NCBI GenBank assembly: GCA_964489885.1
Contig: CAZAZX010000002.1
Coordinates: 24,531 to 88,530, forward strand
Origin: an uncultured Lachnospiraceae bacterium
GTDB lineage: Bacteria > Bacillota > Clostridia > TANB77 > CAG-508
Direction: 5' to 3'
Length of the DNA stretch: 64,000 nucleotides
Below are positions 50,901-60,768 of the stretch, piece by piece (positions within the stretch are counted from its first letter, which is position 1; each line of letters begins with the position of its first letter). The translations under genes were made by a program, and so were the position numbers. The notes beneath the pieces were generated by a model. That model was not told where the DNA came from, made no database searches, and saw nothing but the letters and a program-made list of their open reading frames with translations.

Positions 50901-53900
50901 AACTAAATATTCTACAAAATATACTAATGCATCTTCATTAAATAAAGTAAATACAAATGGTAAATCAGATAGTCTTTATACTGATATAAATGGACAGGTA
51001 ACAGCTTATATGGACAGAACACTAGAAAATCAAGAAATGAAATATGTTATTACACATATTAAAAAAGCTGTTGGGTACGAATGGTTAAAAACAAATCCTG
51101 TTGAATTAAAAGTTTTGTATGATGCAAAAGGAAAAATTGATGGTACACCAAGTGTATCAGTTGGAGATAAAGATGTTGTAGTAGAATCATTTGATAAAGA
51201 TAATTTTGAAATTAATTTAACAATTTATAATGATGAAATCCAAGAATTTGGAATACATTTAACAACACAAGATACCTATGATTCAGATAAAAAAATAAAT
51301 CAGATGAAAGTCGAAGCATTTTTAACTGACGGAAGTACAAGCTATGTTTCAGATGGATATCATCAATTTGTAGGAAATGATGCTTTATTAACAGGTGCAG
51401 ATAGAGATAATGATGGAACTCCAGATTTAGCTTATGGAGAAGATTATAAAACAATGGGTGAGTATATAGTTGAAGGTGTTCCAGGTAATGAAGGCACAAC
51501 AGGTGGATATAATAGAATCTTAAGACTTGTTGTAAAAAATGATTCATCACCAAAAGGATATTATCTAGATAGTGCAGATGGAAGTAAAACAGGTAAAAAT
51601 GTGGGTCATTATAGAGGCTCAGAATATTTTGGGGATTCAAGATATCAAACAGTAAAATATCAATGGTTAATAAGTGTTAGCTTTAGTGATGAAGGAAAAA
51701 TTACAGGTGCAAATATAATAAGCGGATTGAATCAATATATTGGTTGGTTAACAGATGATAGATATCTTGAAGTATCACACACGAATTATACTTTAAATGT
51801 AAAAATGAAATTCTTCCCAATGTTAGAACTAAATGTAGATGCAATAGATAACTATGTGAAGGGTGCAAATGGAAATAATTTAAAGATTGGTGGAGGAAGT
51901 TATACAATTAGTACACAAAGACATTCTATAGGAGGAAGTTATTTAGATGAATTTGTTACAGCGGGATATATTGGTTATCCAGAATCTTGTTCGTTCGCAA
52001 GTGATGCCTGGGTAGCACAATATACAGATACAGATGGTACAGTTGTAAGAGGTCACTGGAAAAATGATAAATGGATTCCAGAACATAGCGGAAAGAATGG
52101 CATAATTACAGGACATTGGAGTAGTGAATATTGGAGTGGTGACAAGTGGAATTCAACTGCGCACTTATCCCCAGGTAGTATTGCAGTATCAGGACATAGA
52201 TATGAAGATAATAATACCTTGTGTGTACCAATAGAAAATAATTATACTAGATTGTTCTATGTTTATGAAGACAAAGAACCAACAAATTATCAAAAATATG
52301 ATGATAGATATAGTATTTATTATGATCAAAAAATGGTAGCTATAATAAGCATTGTGTTTGATGAATATGGTGAAATTGATTATGACCATTCAATTACAAG
52401 ATATTTAACAGATAATTCTGGAAATTATACTGGTGCAACGATACCAATTTATTTTGATGAAAGTGGAACAGGATATTTATCAAGCAATAATTTAAAGGAA
52501 TATAATTATACCTATACACAACATCCTGCAAAAACTACAACAACAGTTTCAATTGGATATGCCTTAACAACAAAAATTCATGTTACAGCTGTTGATAATA
52601 TTTCTGGTAAACCATTATCAAATATTAAAATGTATCCATTTGTAAACAATACATATAAAACAAATACAAGTTATGAATATGGTACAACAGGGGATAGAAA
52701 TACAAATGGCTCAGGTAATGTATACCAAGTATATTGGGGTGCTGCAGATCCAAATACACAAGATAGATATATTTGGGGTTCTAGCAGATTAGGATCTGAT
52801 TATAATGGATATTTCTTACCAGATGATATGACAAAAGCTGACATAGGTGGTAAAGGAACAGCATTTGATTATTATTCAAAACTAGATGTAACTTATGACC
52901 AGGATGGTAGAATTTCTGCTGTAACATCAGCTGCAAAAGATTTATGGGGAGATGATACAACCTCAGATATTAAATGGAATTCTCAAACAGGTGAAATTTG
53001 GGTTAATATATTATATTGTAGACAATTCATAACACAGTTAGAAAAATTTGACTTCTATGATCCAACAATTAATTTATCAGCTGTATTTAATGTGATTTCC
53101 AATAAGGGAGTAAAAACAACTATGTCACCTAATATAAATTCACCTGCAATAAAAGCATTAGGAAAAGTATATAAAAATGAGACAGTAAAATATACCTTAT
53201 CTGAAACAGAAGAACCAGAAGGATATTATCCAATTGAAAATTCATTGGATTATCTAGTAAGCTTTGACGAAAATGGCAATATTACAACGAACAGTATTTC
53301 AATCCCTGAAGGTGATTCAAAAAATTATTTAGAAACAATAAGAACATCTGCTACAACAGAAAATAATAATAAAACAAATTCACCTGATTTAGCATTAAAG
53401 GTTAAAAATAAGGCGGCATTTGAATTAAACTTAAGATTAATTGATAAATTCTATAAAGATGATGGAATAGGAGATGTAAAAATAAATGTTACAAATAGTA
53501 AGGGTGACCAGGCAATTGGAAATCCACAAACAACTGGTAAACAGGGTTATGTAGATGTTCTTGCAAGTCCAGTATATCCAGATGAAACAGTAATTTACTA
53601 TATTGAACAAATTAGTAAGGCTAATGGATATTACCAAATGGATGGAAGAATCGAGTTAGAAGTAACCTTTAATAAGGAAGGAAAAATTAATGGATATCAA
53701 ATTGTAAAAGATGCATCAACAGTAAAAGGTGGATTTAATGCATTTTGGAAGACGAATCCTAGCGATGGAAAAATATATAAAGATGCAGCTGCAGTTAATT
53801 TAATTAATGGTGGCCGTAATATAGGTTTAGAGTTAACTAATATGCCAGAAGATGTTAAAATGGGTCTATATAAGTTTGATGAAATAACAAATAAGCCAAT

Positions 53901-56900
53901 GGATTCTGTTAAGTTTAAAGTTACAAAAACTAATATGAATTCAGGTGAAAAAACCGAAATTAAATTTGACGATAATTTAATAACAGACAAAAATGGTAAT
54001 ATTTTATTCACCATAGATAAGTTTGAAGAAAGAAGTAATGTCCAAACATATAAATATACTATAGAAGAAATAGAAACACCAAAATCATATAGAACAATGG
54101 AAAATATTGAATTTATAGTAATATATAATACTGATGGAAGTATACAGTATTCAAGTGCGATTTTGTCAAATGGTGGAATACAGAATACTAAAGCAAGTAT
54201 AAATGTTTCAAAGGTAAATACAAAACTAGGCTTTAATGGTGAAAAAGTTCATATGATATTAAATGTACCTAATGATAATGCTTTTGATTTAATAATAAAA
54301 GATGAAGATGCTAATTATGCAGGATTTGGAATAACTGGAACAAAATATGATGTAAGTATAGATGGAATAGCATATACACCAAGTGAAACAAATTCTAATG
54401 GCGAAACTTATTTAAGCAAAATAACAGATACAGGTAAATTAACAATTAATATTTCTGAAAAGGAAGCTGGAGATGGATATGCAACAAACTTAACAAATAA
54501 GGCAACAGTAGTATTAAATAAAGGTCAAGAAGTATATTCTTTAGATCTTGATGATACACAAGAAGGTAAAGTAGATAACAAGAATGCAACTATAACTAAA
54601 GAAGTAATTTTAAATGATACTAAGACAACCATAACTAAAGCAATAATAAAAATAGATGAAGAACATGGTAAAGTTTATGTAACATTTAAAAATGAGTCAA
54701 AATTAGAAATCACTGTATTTAAAAAGGATTTCCAAACACTTGAACCATTAAAAGGAGCTCAATTTGAAATAACAGCGCAACAGGTAAATTCAATATCTGG
54801 AGATAATATCGGTGAACCAATTACAATAACAACAACAGGTGTTGATGATACAACAGATGCAAATGGCAATTTACACTTTGATTTAGGAATAGCACCACAA
54901 TCACAAAAATGGGTATACACATTTAAAGAAATAACAGCACCAGAAGGATATAACAACCTTATTCCAGAGACAAAAATTGTTGCAACATTTGATCAATACG
55001 GAAGAGTAACACTAGATAAATCAACATCCTTAAGAATGGACTCATCAATAATTCATACTGATTCAAAAGTTAACCATAACAGCAAAAATTGTAGAAGTAT
55101 AGTTGCTACTATATATAATGGTGAAGTACCACCAGGATATAAGGTTAAAGTTTATAAAAAAGATGCTCAAACAGGTAAAACTGTAAACGGAGCTGGAATT
55201 CAAATGAAGATTACTGATCAGAATGGAATTATGATTCCAATTACACCAAAGACGCAAGCATCAGGAAAAAATGGCCAAGTAATTGAAACTTCAAATATAG
55301 GCTTAGATGGACAGATTCATACAGATAAAGAAGTGAAAGAAGGAGGGATTATATTAGCTGACTCAGGTGTTGCGTATATTGATAATATTGATTATGAAGG
55401 CACTGTAAATATTCAAGTTAGTGAAGCAAAAGCACCACTTGGATATATAATTGGAGGTAATAAGACAAGTGGAAATGTTCAAATAGAAGCTAAATATACA
55501 CTAGATCCAGCAAATTTTGATGCAAATGTAGATTTAAAACTAATAAATAATGATGGTTTAGATGTTTCTATTGATAGTGTAAAACGTGAAATAATAATCA
55601 ACTTATATGATGATCCACAAGTAGCCTTCCATATAACAGACTTAGATTACAATACTGGAGGTCCAGTAAAAGATGTATATTATGTTGTTACTTCAGTAAA
55701 AACAACAGCAGCTAGTATTGTTCCAACAGATTTGAAGGTAACATCACCAACAACAGATGAAAATGGAAAAGTAGATTTTAATGCAGGAGTACCTTATGCA
55801 GGACAAACATTAATTTATACCTTACATCAAAATACACCTGCTGAATATCAGCCACTGGTAAATGATATTGAATTACAAGTTCAATTTGATGCAAATGGAA
55901 ACGTAATAAGTTGTATGTTGTTGAACAATAATGATATGGCAACAGTTGTAAATCCAATAGAACTATCACTAAAAGATCCAAATTTAATACTTGGAAAGGT
56001 TATTTACCTAACAGTTAAAAATAGAAGAACAATTCCTGATTATAAAGTTCAAGTAGAAAAACACATTATTGATTATGGAGTTGAAAAGACAGACTTTAGT
56101 AGAATTCTACCTGGAGCAACATATAAAGTAATTGTGCATCAAGAAGATGGAGGAAAAGAATATACTAAATTCACTTCAACAACGGATGATTATGGCTTAA
56201 TTGATGTTCCTTCTCAATATTTTACAGCAACTGGAAACATAACTGTAACTATACAAGAAATAATTGCACCAGATGGATATGAACTAAATGGAACACCACA
56301 AGTATTAAAATTCTATAGAGATCCTGTAACAGGTAATATGACAGAAATAAGTACAACTGAAAACTTTAGCTATAAATTTATAAATACAGATAGTCCATTG
56401 TATTCAACTGGACAACCAGTAAAAGTTGTATTGCAACCATTTGATAAACAAGACGGAGATAAATTTACATTAAAGTTAAATAAATATTCAACTTTAACAG
56501 GTAAAAATATTGAAAATAACCATGCTAAATTTACAGCTGCTATAATACAGGAAGATGAAGCAACTGGAGATTTAAAATATGAATATAACTTTGAACAGGA
56601 ACTTGAAACAGATGATATGGGTAACCTAATGCAAGAAAACTTACAATTACCAACAGAACCAGGAGAATATAAATTAGTTTTAACAGAAACAGAAGCACCA
56701 AGTGGATATGTAATTGAAAAGGATCCAATAGAATTTAAGATAACAATTGATAAAGACCCTGAAGGCTTCCCAATCATTACAAAGGCAATAGCTCTTGGAA
56801 AAGATAAAGAAGGAAAAATTATAGAATTAAAAGGACCTACTGATGAAAATCCATTTGCTATTGAATCTAGATATCAGTTCTTATCAGTAAGTATTGGTAA

Positions 56901-58671
56901 TACTCCTATACCAGGTTATAAAGTTATGATTGAAAAACATACACTAGATACGGACATTGACTTAAATGCTTATGAAAGAACTCTTCCTGGAGCTACATAT
57001 GAAGTATTAGTACATGAGGAAGATGCTGGAACAGAAGATGTAAAATTTGTTGAAACATCAGATGCAAATGGAATAATAGATATACCAGATTTAGTATTCC
57101 ATGGATTTGGATATATTACTGTTAAAATTAAAGAGCTTAAAGCACCTTATGGGTATGTAATAGATGATACAGAAAGAATTACAAGATTGTATAGAGATCC
57201 TGAAACAGGTAACTTACAAGAAATAAGTTCAAATGTTAACTATACATTAACTAATACTACTGATAAGGATTATGTAAAAGGTGAACCTGTTAAAGCAATA
57301 TTAAAACCTGTTGATAGACAGGAAGCTGGAATGTATACAATTCAAGTTAATAAATTTGCAAATAAAACTAAAGAATTAATTACAGATAGTAGTGCAAGGT
57401 TTAGATTTGAATTTATAAAAGAGGCAACAGAGTCAGACCCAGGATACCAATCAATAATAGGAACTTATGATACAAAAGATGGTAAGTTTTTACAATCCGG
57501 CTTGAAATTACCTGATGAAAGTGGAGATTATATACTTAAAGTAACAGAAACAAATGCGCCAGCTGGATATGCTGTATTAAATTCACCAATTATTATAAAA
57601 TTAAAAGTTGGCGAAGACAGTGAACATAATAAAATAATTGAAAAAGCAGAAACAGATAATAAAAATGTAAATTTAATAGCAAGAAACCAATATATATTAT
57701 TACAAGTATTTGATTATGCGGTAGACGAATTACAAGATGATGAATATTCACTAGATATTACAAAAGTTGATGCTGAAACAAATCAACCAATAGCAAATAT
57801 GGCTTTATTTAAGGTTTGGTTACCAGATAAATTGAATACAGCAGTTTATACTGAAACATCACAAACTGTATTAGGACCAGGTAAATTAGATTACTGCTTC
57901 GTTGAACAAGATAAAGATTACTCTGTAAGATTAACACATATGAACCAACCAGCAGGACCAGGAAAAGTACAATACATATTTAGAGAGGTTGTGGCACCAG
58001 AAGGATACGATTTAATAAAGAAGGACTTAATATTAACAATTGATTTTGAATATGATGAAAATGGTAAATTAAGGTTTGAAAGTGCAACATCAAGTGATCC
58101 TAATTATTTAAGAATTAATACACCAACACCAAGTCCAATTGACAAGAGCTTTAGTGTAGATATTTTAAATTATCTATCTAAAGAAGATGACTTATACTTG
58201 AAATCAAAAGAATATGTAATTGGAGATAAGCCAGATGGCTGGACAAGATCTATAACAGAAACAGAATATAAAGATGGAGACAGAATTATTTCAAAAGTAG
58301 AACCAAGAACAACACTTGCAGATTTCTTAAGTAACTTAGATACAAATGGCACTCCAACTGTAACAAAATCAGATGGAACAGCAGTAGGTTTAGGAGATTA
58401 TGTTGGAACAAATATGAAATTAACAGTAACAAAGGGAGATAAGAAAATTGAATTAACTATATCAGTAAGAGGAGATGTATCTGAAGATGGTGAGGTAACA
58501 CTTCAAGATTATTCAGATTTAAAACATTTTATGGCTAAGAAGATTAAATTTACTGAAGCTGAAATAATAGCCGTAGACTCAAACGAAGATGGAAAAATAA
58601 CACTTCAAGATTATTCAGAAGAGAAACATCTGTTAGTAGAACAAGCCAGAATAAAGAAAAAAAATAAGTAA
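44968..58671 (+). CDS. Giant (4567 aa) secreted adhesin-like protein: signal peptide, N-terminal vWA domain (DTSYSM MIDAS), dozens of Ig/prealbumin-like domains, C-terminal type-I-like dockerin
   Basis: Single uninterrupted 13.7-kb ORF with RBS AAAGGAG. The last ~70 aa match duplicated dockerin Ca-binding repeats (GDVSEDGEVTLQDY / DSNEDGKITLQDY). Confidence 0.75.
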   Translation: MKSKKILKIVLILSIAIIAAVALVSKVFSDSSRYYVLDVEHATADSEGNTKKDDNLRITEKIKDDGKGNFDTETLNYEVTVSNKNGENSITQIAMVVDTSYSMQTNDSESKAKSEAKTLAQGIFDNLSKSANLQMSVFSNNGQKCALTNNVTLITNAINGLTTGESEDCNNGLQLAYDSLSGAAPAGKTLNKMIIYFTDSTDNVSQKMKDIVKADPSLKLISVLVDLTSSSYLDLDTAKPVEGEVYVLPASVNESDILPKDVIIYDPNKIYDEVNLAANSVKVENFFDQGIIENFDISSSDFSATEGTTVTPKEENGKIIGYDWNVGNLKLQESKTLTFSIKLKSDSELNKMPINSKYIFEDIYTNEKQSITYKKYNTDIEVTMDGLDKREGTEATVVKICEGYKLKIKAVSDANSDLSVEGVKVNITGVDTNGKEICNVEKTTDSNGYVLITPDDSSALRRDGKIKYTITPMDTNNLVGYTSSDSMSFEIDNNKASKKLIFDDLYSGIKNAIIESTRTVEVEIPIKSLTLDLEIHSQELNNSNINIPQCKFELIQPKLNSKYEMSVLYGTTDDNGVLHFNPTVMTKDGTYNYILRQVSAPNGYEVTDLAMIKIEFKNGRIVTPSSNSDSLKVLYNDAVSAVLDASSKTSNTDLVKVFVGDESLKKDPFKIQINVADADDNTIKLDGVTYNITVTDSQGFPITQPAVTDENGQINIEGYGTGYLTLEIEEKSTKVGYEETKDKKEIILQHVNGKVTILSCTPTSIYNTNAYKTGYVLDGGNQIGVKVNLTSKKKTEQNIIKLKIVDSDQTYLPAGEEIVYELFDENNVSCGMKGTDSNGELKFTIGNREPRTYKYTLVPETMTAPAEYDTSKIETPINLDVTFDNNGIITNATKTSTTYSSVISQNFEIVNSNKLIENTYELTIGYYVREDATIKFTVLLRDEKNMTTPLDNAKYNIDIEYETTKGGETVTRTKKLVNRATNSFGKLSTIIPKSGNITVKVKEVTAKPGYALDYTEQEFNISCLSNGKIVINNQTPTSPKGAVVDSNQKEVIYYDYNRGRNSSDTYINLTLTKQDTQKAYVDGLMLEVESEKLLDGSGAKLDSIIATGSQTAGGKEVTGSIVYDYDDYMKKIPDSFTIKIPEEIKINEEGVYEFKVNELTTNDGGNTYVKKKNTEVKFRLIFRNKDGDVKLTNVETIYGNRLVIDKNFSSASDSNEGIQKQNELGVFLSNIQIDLYTNYDDVGNLSLDLKKFTKIKNSATGKEDIKLDGAEYDLKILNPDNSIVRKKIKIDNGDNSDSIELTGLNVYKGSIIQLTEIKAPTGYALNEATESFEVKSVDVFDSDPSKCETFEMEHIDNSYNPSRATLKQLAAGVNAAGNIKENYEIDLYDNLLQTFNMQIQTVDAEKNNVNGFTFDVSTDQGVEEKDVPVFENRTIGASPANTVVKYTIKSNKTAQYYKKIKDDIILNVVFDANGNVDVSSTKDPTNQSDSNYNKTWRIKNLTQTIEGNLELEITVEHQPPLDVRVLEKDKITDEVIKDASYKITPSNELDGTGSAKNDLQNYIAKMLVGYKIEDGTVDYTLTQTDIDARHEKIDDTKFEIEYKDGEINKASLVGTTPTDKKAPKIEIKTDTNNNSKYVEIDVYAEPKVLFKVTNLGYFDNLQLQGAKFKITEQQKQESSEGTTDANGFTNMLNSTYGEDNSKIFKVEQITASKANTGYATVEDFYIKVDFDSNREITKVVVSDETGTEITPNRFLKVGFIDNPDADDPNTPAYEFQPDDVTIEVKNYPEFKINIFDYDRRDETTPIEGTKYKVTSKYEYNNKDVDFMKTDGVVTDSTGLGVAHLDRTKFDTIVTYTIIENTPGNGYQTIGTEKDSNNPPANNVGYPTIKSSINVVVEFDSDGYVKNAYLEDKDNVEVTNIAKVSTISGDTGKFQINLQLLNNPLLKINITSVDRLNTSTKIPHNAYTVEGYTDKEVSGTKYSTKYTNASSLNKVNTNGKSDSLYTDINGQVTAYMDRTLENQEMKYVITHIKKAVGYEWLKTNPVELKVLYDAKGKIDGTPSVSVGDKDVVVESFDKDNFEINLTIYNDEIQEFGIHLTTQDTYDSDKKINQMKVEAFLTDGSTSYVSDGYHQFVGNDALLTGADRDNDGTPDLAYGEDYKTMGEYIVEGVPGNEGTTGGYNRILRLVVKNDSSPKGYYLDSADGSKTGKNVGHYRGSEYFGDSRYQTVKYQWLISVSFSDEGKITGANIISGLNQYIGWLTDDRYLEVSHTNYTLNVKMKFFPMLELNVDAIDNYVKGANGNNLKIGGGSYTISTQRHSIGGSYLDEFVTAGYIGYPESCSFASDAWVAQYTDTDGTVVRGHWKNDKWIPEHSGKNGIITGHWSSEYWSGDKWNSTAHLSPGSIAVSGHRYEDNNTLCVPIENNYTRLFYVYEDKEPTNYQKYDDRYSIYYDQKMVAIISIVFDEYGEIDYDHSITRYLTDNSGNYTGATIPIYFDESGTGYLSSNNLKEYNYTYTQHPAKTTTTVSIGYALTTKIHVTAVDNISGKPLSNIKMYPFVNNTYKTNTSYEYGTTGDRNTNGSGNVYQVYWGAADPNTQDRYIWGSSRLGSDYNGYFLPDDMTKADIGGKGTAFDYYSKLDVTYDQDGRISAVTSAAKDLWGDDTTSDIKWNSQTGEIWVNILYCRQFITQLEKFDFYDPTINLSAVFNVISNKGVKTTMSPNINSPAIKALGKVYKNETVKYTLSETEEPEGYYPIENSLDYLVSFDENGNITTNSISIPEGDSKNYLETIRTSATTENNNKTNSPDLALKVKNKAAFELNLRLIDKFYKDDGIGDVKINVTNSKGDQAIGNPQTTGKQGYVDVLASPVYPDETVIYYIEQISKANGYYQMDGRIELEVTFNKEGKINGYQIVKDASTVKGGFNAFWKTNPSDGKIYKDAAAVNLINGGRNIGLELTNMPEDVKMGLYKFDEITNKPMDSVKFKVTKTNMNSGEKTEIKFDDNLITDKNGNILFTIDKFEERSNVQTYKYTIEEIETPKSYRTMENIEFIVIYNTDGSIQYSSAILSNGGIQNTKASINVSKVNTKLGFNGEKVHMILNVPNDNAFDLIIKDEDANYAGFGITGTKYDVSIDGIAYTPSETNSNGETYLSKITDTGKLTINISEKEAGDGYATNLTNKATVVLNKGQEVYSLDLDDTQEGKVDNKNATITKEVILNDTKTTITKAIIKIDEEHGKVYVTFKNESKLEITVFKKDFQTLEPLKGAQFEITAQQVNSISGDNIGEPITITTTGVDDTTDANGNLHFDLGIAPQSQKWVYTFKEITAPEGYNNLIPETKIVATFDQYGRVTLDKSTSLRMDSSIIHTDSKVNHNSKNCRSIVATIYNGEVPPGYKVKVYKKDAQTGKTVNGAGIQMKITDQNGIMIPITPKTQASGKNGQVIETSNIGLDGQIHTDKEVKEGGIILADSGVAYIDNIDYEGTVNIQVSEAKAPLGYIIGGNKTSGNVQIEAKYTLDPANFDANVDLKLINNDGLDVSIDSVKREIIINLYDDPQVAFHITDLDYNTGGPVKDVYYVVTSVKTTAASIVPTDLKVTSPTTDENGKVDFNAGVPYAGQTLIYTLHQNTPAEYQPLVNDIELQVQFDANGNVISCMLLNNNDMATVVNPIELSLKDPNLILGKVIYLTVKNRRTIPDYKVQVEKHIIDYGVEKTDFSRILPGATYKVIVHQEDGGKEYTKFTSTTDDYGLIDVPSQYFTATGNITVTIQEIIAPDGYELNGTPQVLKFYRDPVTGNMTEISTTENFSYKFINTDSPLYSTGQPVKVVLQPFDKQDGDKFTLKLNKYSTLTGKNIENNHAKFTAAIIQEDEATGDLKYEYNFEQELETDDMGNLMQENLQLPTEPGEYKLVLTETEAPSGYVIEKDPIEFKITIDKDPEGFPIITKAIALGKDKEGKIIELKGPTDENPFAIESRYQFLSVSIGNTPIPGYKVMIEKHTLDTDIDLNAYERTLPGATYEVLVHEEDAGTEDVKFVETSDANGIIDIPDLVFHGFGYITVKIKELKAPYGYVIDDTERITRLYRDPETGNLQEISSNVNYTLTNTTDKDYVKGEPVKAILKPVDRQEAGMYTIQVNKFANKTKELITDSSARFRFEFIKEATESDPGYQSIIGTYDTKDGKFLQSGLKLPDESGDYILKVTETNAPAGYAVLNSPIIIKLKVGEDSEHNKIIEKAETDNKNVNLIARNQYILLQVFDYAVDELQDDEYSLDITKVDAETNQPIANMALFKVWLPDKLNTAVYTETSQTVLGPGKLDYCFVEQDKDYSVRLTHMNQPAGPGKVQYIFREVVAPEGYDLIKKDLILTIDFEYDENGKLRFESATSSDPNYLRINTPTPSPIDKSFSVDILNYLSKEDDLYLKSKEYVIGDKPDGWTRSITETEYKDGDRIISKVEPRTTLADFLSNLDTNGTPTVTKSDGTAVGLGDYVGTNMKLTVTKGDKKIELTISVRGDVSEDGEVTLQDYSDLKHFMAKKIKFTEAEIIAVDSNEDGKITLQDYSEEKHLLVEQARIKKKNK

Positions 58672-58807
58672 AAATAAAAAACAGCATAATCTAAGAGTGA
58701 ATTTTCTGCAAAATGATTTATAAAGATTTGCTTGCAGAAAATTTACCCTAATTAAATTTAGTGAAAGGGGAATACAATATAATTTTTATATTGTATAAAA
58801 TAAAAAA

Positions 58808-59779
58808 ATGAAAGAAGTATATTTAAAACCAATAGTATCATTAATCTTAATATTATGTATAATACTTGCAAGTATTAATGTATATGCATATTCTATTTCT
58901 GTTAAATTATCATCTGATTCAAAAAAATTAGAACCCGGGAAAGTTTACACTATAACAGCAGAAATAACTAATATTGATGCTGGAGATGGAATAGATACTA
59001 TGATGGGAAAAATAAATTATGATACAGAGATATTTGAAAGAGCTGTAGAAGATTTTGATATTACAAATGGATGGAATCCAACATTTGATGAAGAATCTAA
59101 CATATTTGTTTTAGATAGAGGTCGTAAAGTAAGTAAGCCTTCAAAGTTTTTAACAATTAAGTTAAAGGCAAGAGATAATATTGAAAAAGATTCAACAGTT
59201 ATTAGCCTAGAAGATTTAGAAGCTTCAGGTGGAAGTGTGAAAAAAGGTGGAACTGGAGATATAGAAATAAATGGAACAAATTTATCAATGGTTAAACCAG
59301 CAGAAGAGCCAGAACCAACACCAGAACCAACACCAGAACCAACACCAGAACCAACACCAGAGCCAACACCAGAACCAACACCAGAGCCAACACCAGAACC
59401 AACACCAGAGCCAACACCAGAGCCAACAACAGAACCAACACCAGAGCCAACACCAGAACCAACACCAGAACCAACACCAGAGCCAACACCAGAGCCAACA
59501 CCAGAACCAACACCAGAACCAACACCAGAGCCAACAACAGAACCAACACCAGAGCCAACAACAGAACCAACACCAGAGCCAACACCAGAACCAACAACAG
59601 AACCAACTAAAAAAGAGACAAAGGAAGAGACGAAACAAGAAGTTAAAGAAGAAAAAAAGGACACAGCACAAGGAGTTTTACCTTATGCTGGTGAAAATGA
59701 AAATATTTATTTATTATTTGCAATGACATTTTTTGCAATTAGTGGTATAATAAGCTACATAAGATTTAGAAATTTGTAA
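58808..59779 (+). CDS. Cell-surface cohesin-like domain protein with a (TPEP)n linker and C-terminal LPYAG + TM + basic tail
   Basis: Signal peptide. N-domain is paralogous to those of 39879 and 59799. C-terminus VLPYAGENE...ISYIRFRNL. Confidence 0.6.
   Translation: MKEVYLKPIVSLILILCIILASINVYAYSISVKLSSDSKKLEPGKVYTITAEITNIDAGDGIDTMMGKINYDTEIFERAVEDFDITNGWNPTFDEESNIFVLDRGRKVSKPSKFLTIKLKARDNIEKDSTVISLEDLEASGGSVKKGGTGDIEINGTNLSMVKPAEEPEPTPEPTPEPTPEPTPEPTPEPTPEPTPEPTPEPTPEPTTEPTPEPTPEPTPEPTPEPTPEPTPEPTPEPTPEPTTEPTPEPTTEPTPEPTPEPTTEPTKKETKEETKQEVKEEKKDTAQGVLPYAGENENIYLLFAMTFFAISGIISYIRFRNL
59309..59607 (+). repeat. Tandem 12-bp repeat (ccaacaccagaa/g, about 25 copies) encoding a (TPEP)n linker
   Basis: Directly visible. 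It accounts for the spurious antisense ORFs in the track. Confidence 0.9.
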
Positions 59780-59798
59780 AATGTAAAGGAGATTAACA

Positions 59799-60626
59799 AT
59801 GAAAACACAAAAGCTAAAAAGTATTATTTCAATAATAATATTTTGTATTATTATTCTATTAACTTCAAAAGTAAATGCCTACAATGTTTCAATGAATTTA
59901 TCAACAAATTCTACAATGCTAGAACCAAATAGAACTTATACCATTAATGCATCAATAGTAAACAATAATACAGGTGATGGAATAGACACAATTATGGCTA
60001 CACTAGAATATGATGAAAACATTTTCGATAAATCTGCAACAGTTGTAAATGCAACAAACGGTTGGAGCCCACTATATGATGATGAAACAGGAAGTATTAT
60101 TTTACAAAAAATGAAAAAATCAAATTCAAATGACATATTCCTAACTTTTATTTTAAAGACAAAGAATAATTTAAGTGCAAATGAAACTTTGGTAAAATTA
60201 AAGGATGTAACAATGTCTGGTGGAAGTGTTGCAGATGGTGGAACAGCAGATATTTATATTCCAGAAGTAAATTTGAAATTTTCAACAAATGTAAATGAAA
60301 CATCAAATACTGGTGAAACAGTAACTAGTGAAGATAATGGTGCTGTAAAACAAGGTAGTAGCAATAATGGAGCAAGTAATAATAATAATAATAATAGCAA
60401 TAACGTTTCTCCAACAGTTAACAATAAAGAAGAAACTTCAGATTCATCAGATGAGGCACAACAAGAACAAACTATGCCAGCAGATACAAATAATAAGGCA
60501 ACTGCTGAAAAAACAAAAGGAAATGTTGGAGTATTTATAGCTATATTGATTGCTGTTGTAATATTACTTACCGTGTCTGTTATAGTATTCTTTAAAAAGA
60601 TTAAAAATAAAAAATTAATAAAATAA
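59799..60626 (+). CDS. Membrane-anchored cohesin-like domain protein (Asn/Ser-rich linker, C-terminal TM anchor)
   Basis: N-domain is paralogous to that of 58808 (MLEPNRTYTINASIVNNNTGDGIDTIMATLEYDENIFD). C-terminal TM plus KKIKNKKLIK. Confidence 0.55.
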   Translation: MKTQKLKSIISIIIFCIIILLTSKVNAYNVSMNLSTNSTMLEPNRTYTINASIVNNNTGDGIDTIMATLEYDENIFDKSATVVNATNGWSPLYDDETGSIILQKMKKSNSNDIFLTFILKTKNNLSANETLVKLKDVTMSGGSVADGGTADIYIPEVNLKFSTNVNETSNTGETVTSEDNGAVKQGSSNNGASNNNNNNSNNVSPTVNNKEETSDSSDEAQQEQTMPADTNNKATAEKTKGNVGVFIAILIAVVILLTVSVIVFFKKIKNKKLIK

Positions 60627-60635
60627 ATAATAACT

Positions 60636-60668
60636 AGTGGATGTTTAAGGCATCCACTTATTTTTTTG
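60636..60668 (+). terminator. Rho-independent terminator
   Basis: agtggatg...catccact plus a T8 run. Confidence 0.7.
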
Positions 60669-60768
60669 CTTATTGTGAAACAACAAGTTATTGCCATATA
60701 TGTTGTATTATTTAGTAAAATGTGTTATATTTAAAAGAGCTATTTTAAAAGAAAGGATAATATTTTAA

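Noticed and set aside
59017-59726. Several long ORFs on both strands (59017..59664 -, 59285..59671 -, 59292..59606 -, 59271..59726 +) composed of Gly/Val/Ser, Cys/Trp/Phe, Leu/Val or Gln/His/Asn repeats
   Set aside because: They are alternative-frame and antisense readings of the 12-bp (TPEP)n tandem repeat inside gene 58808..59779. They are not independent genes, and the repeat has no spacers so it is not a CRISPR array.
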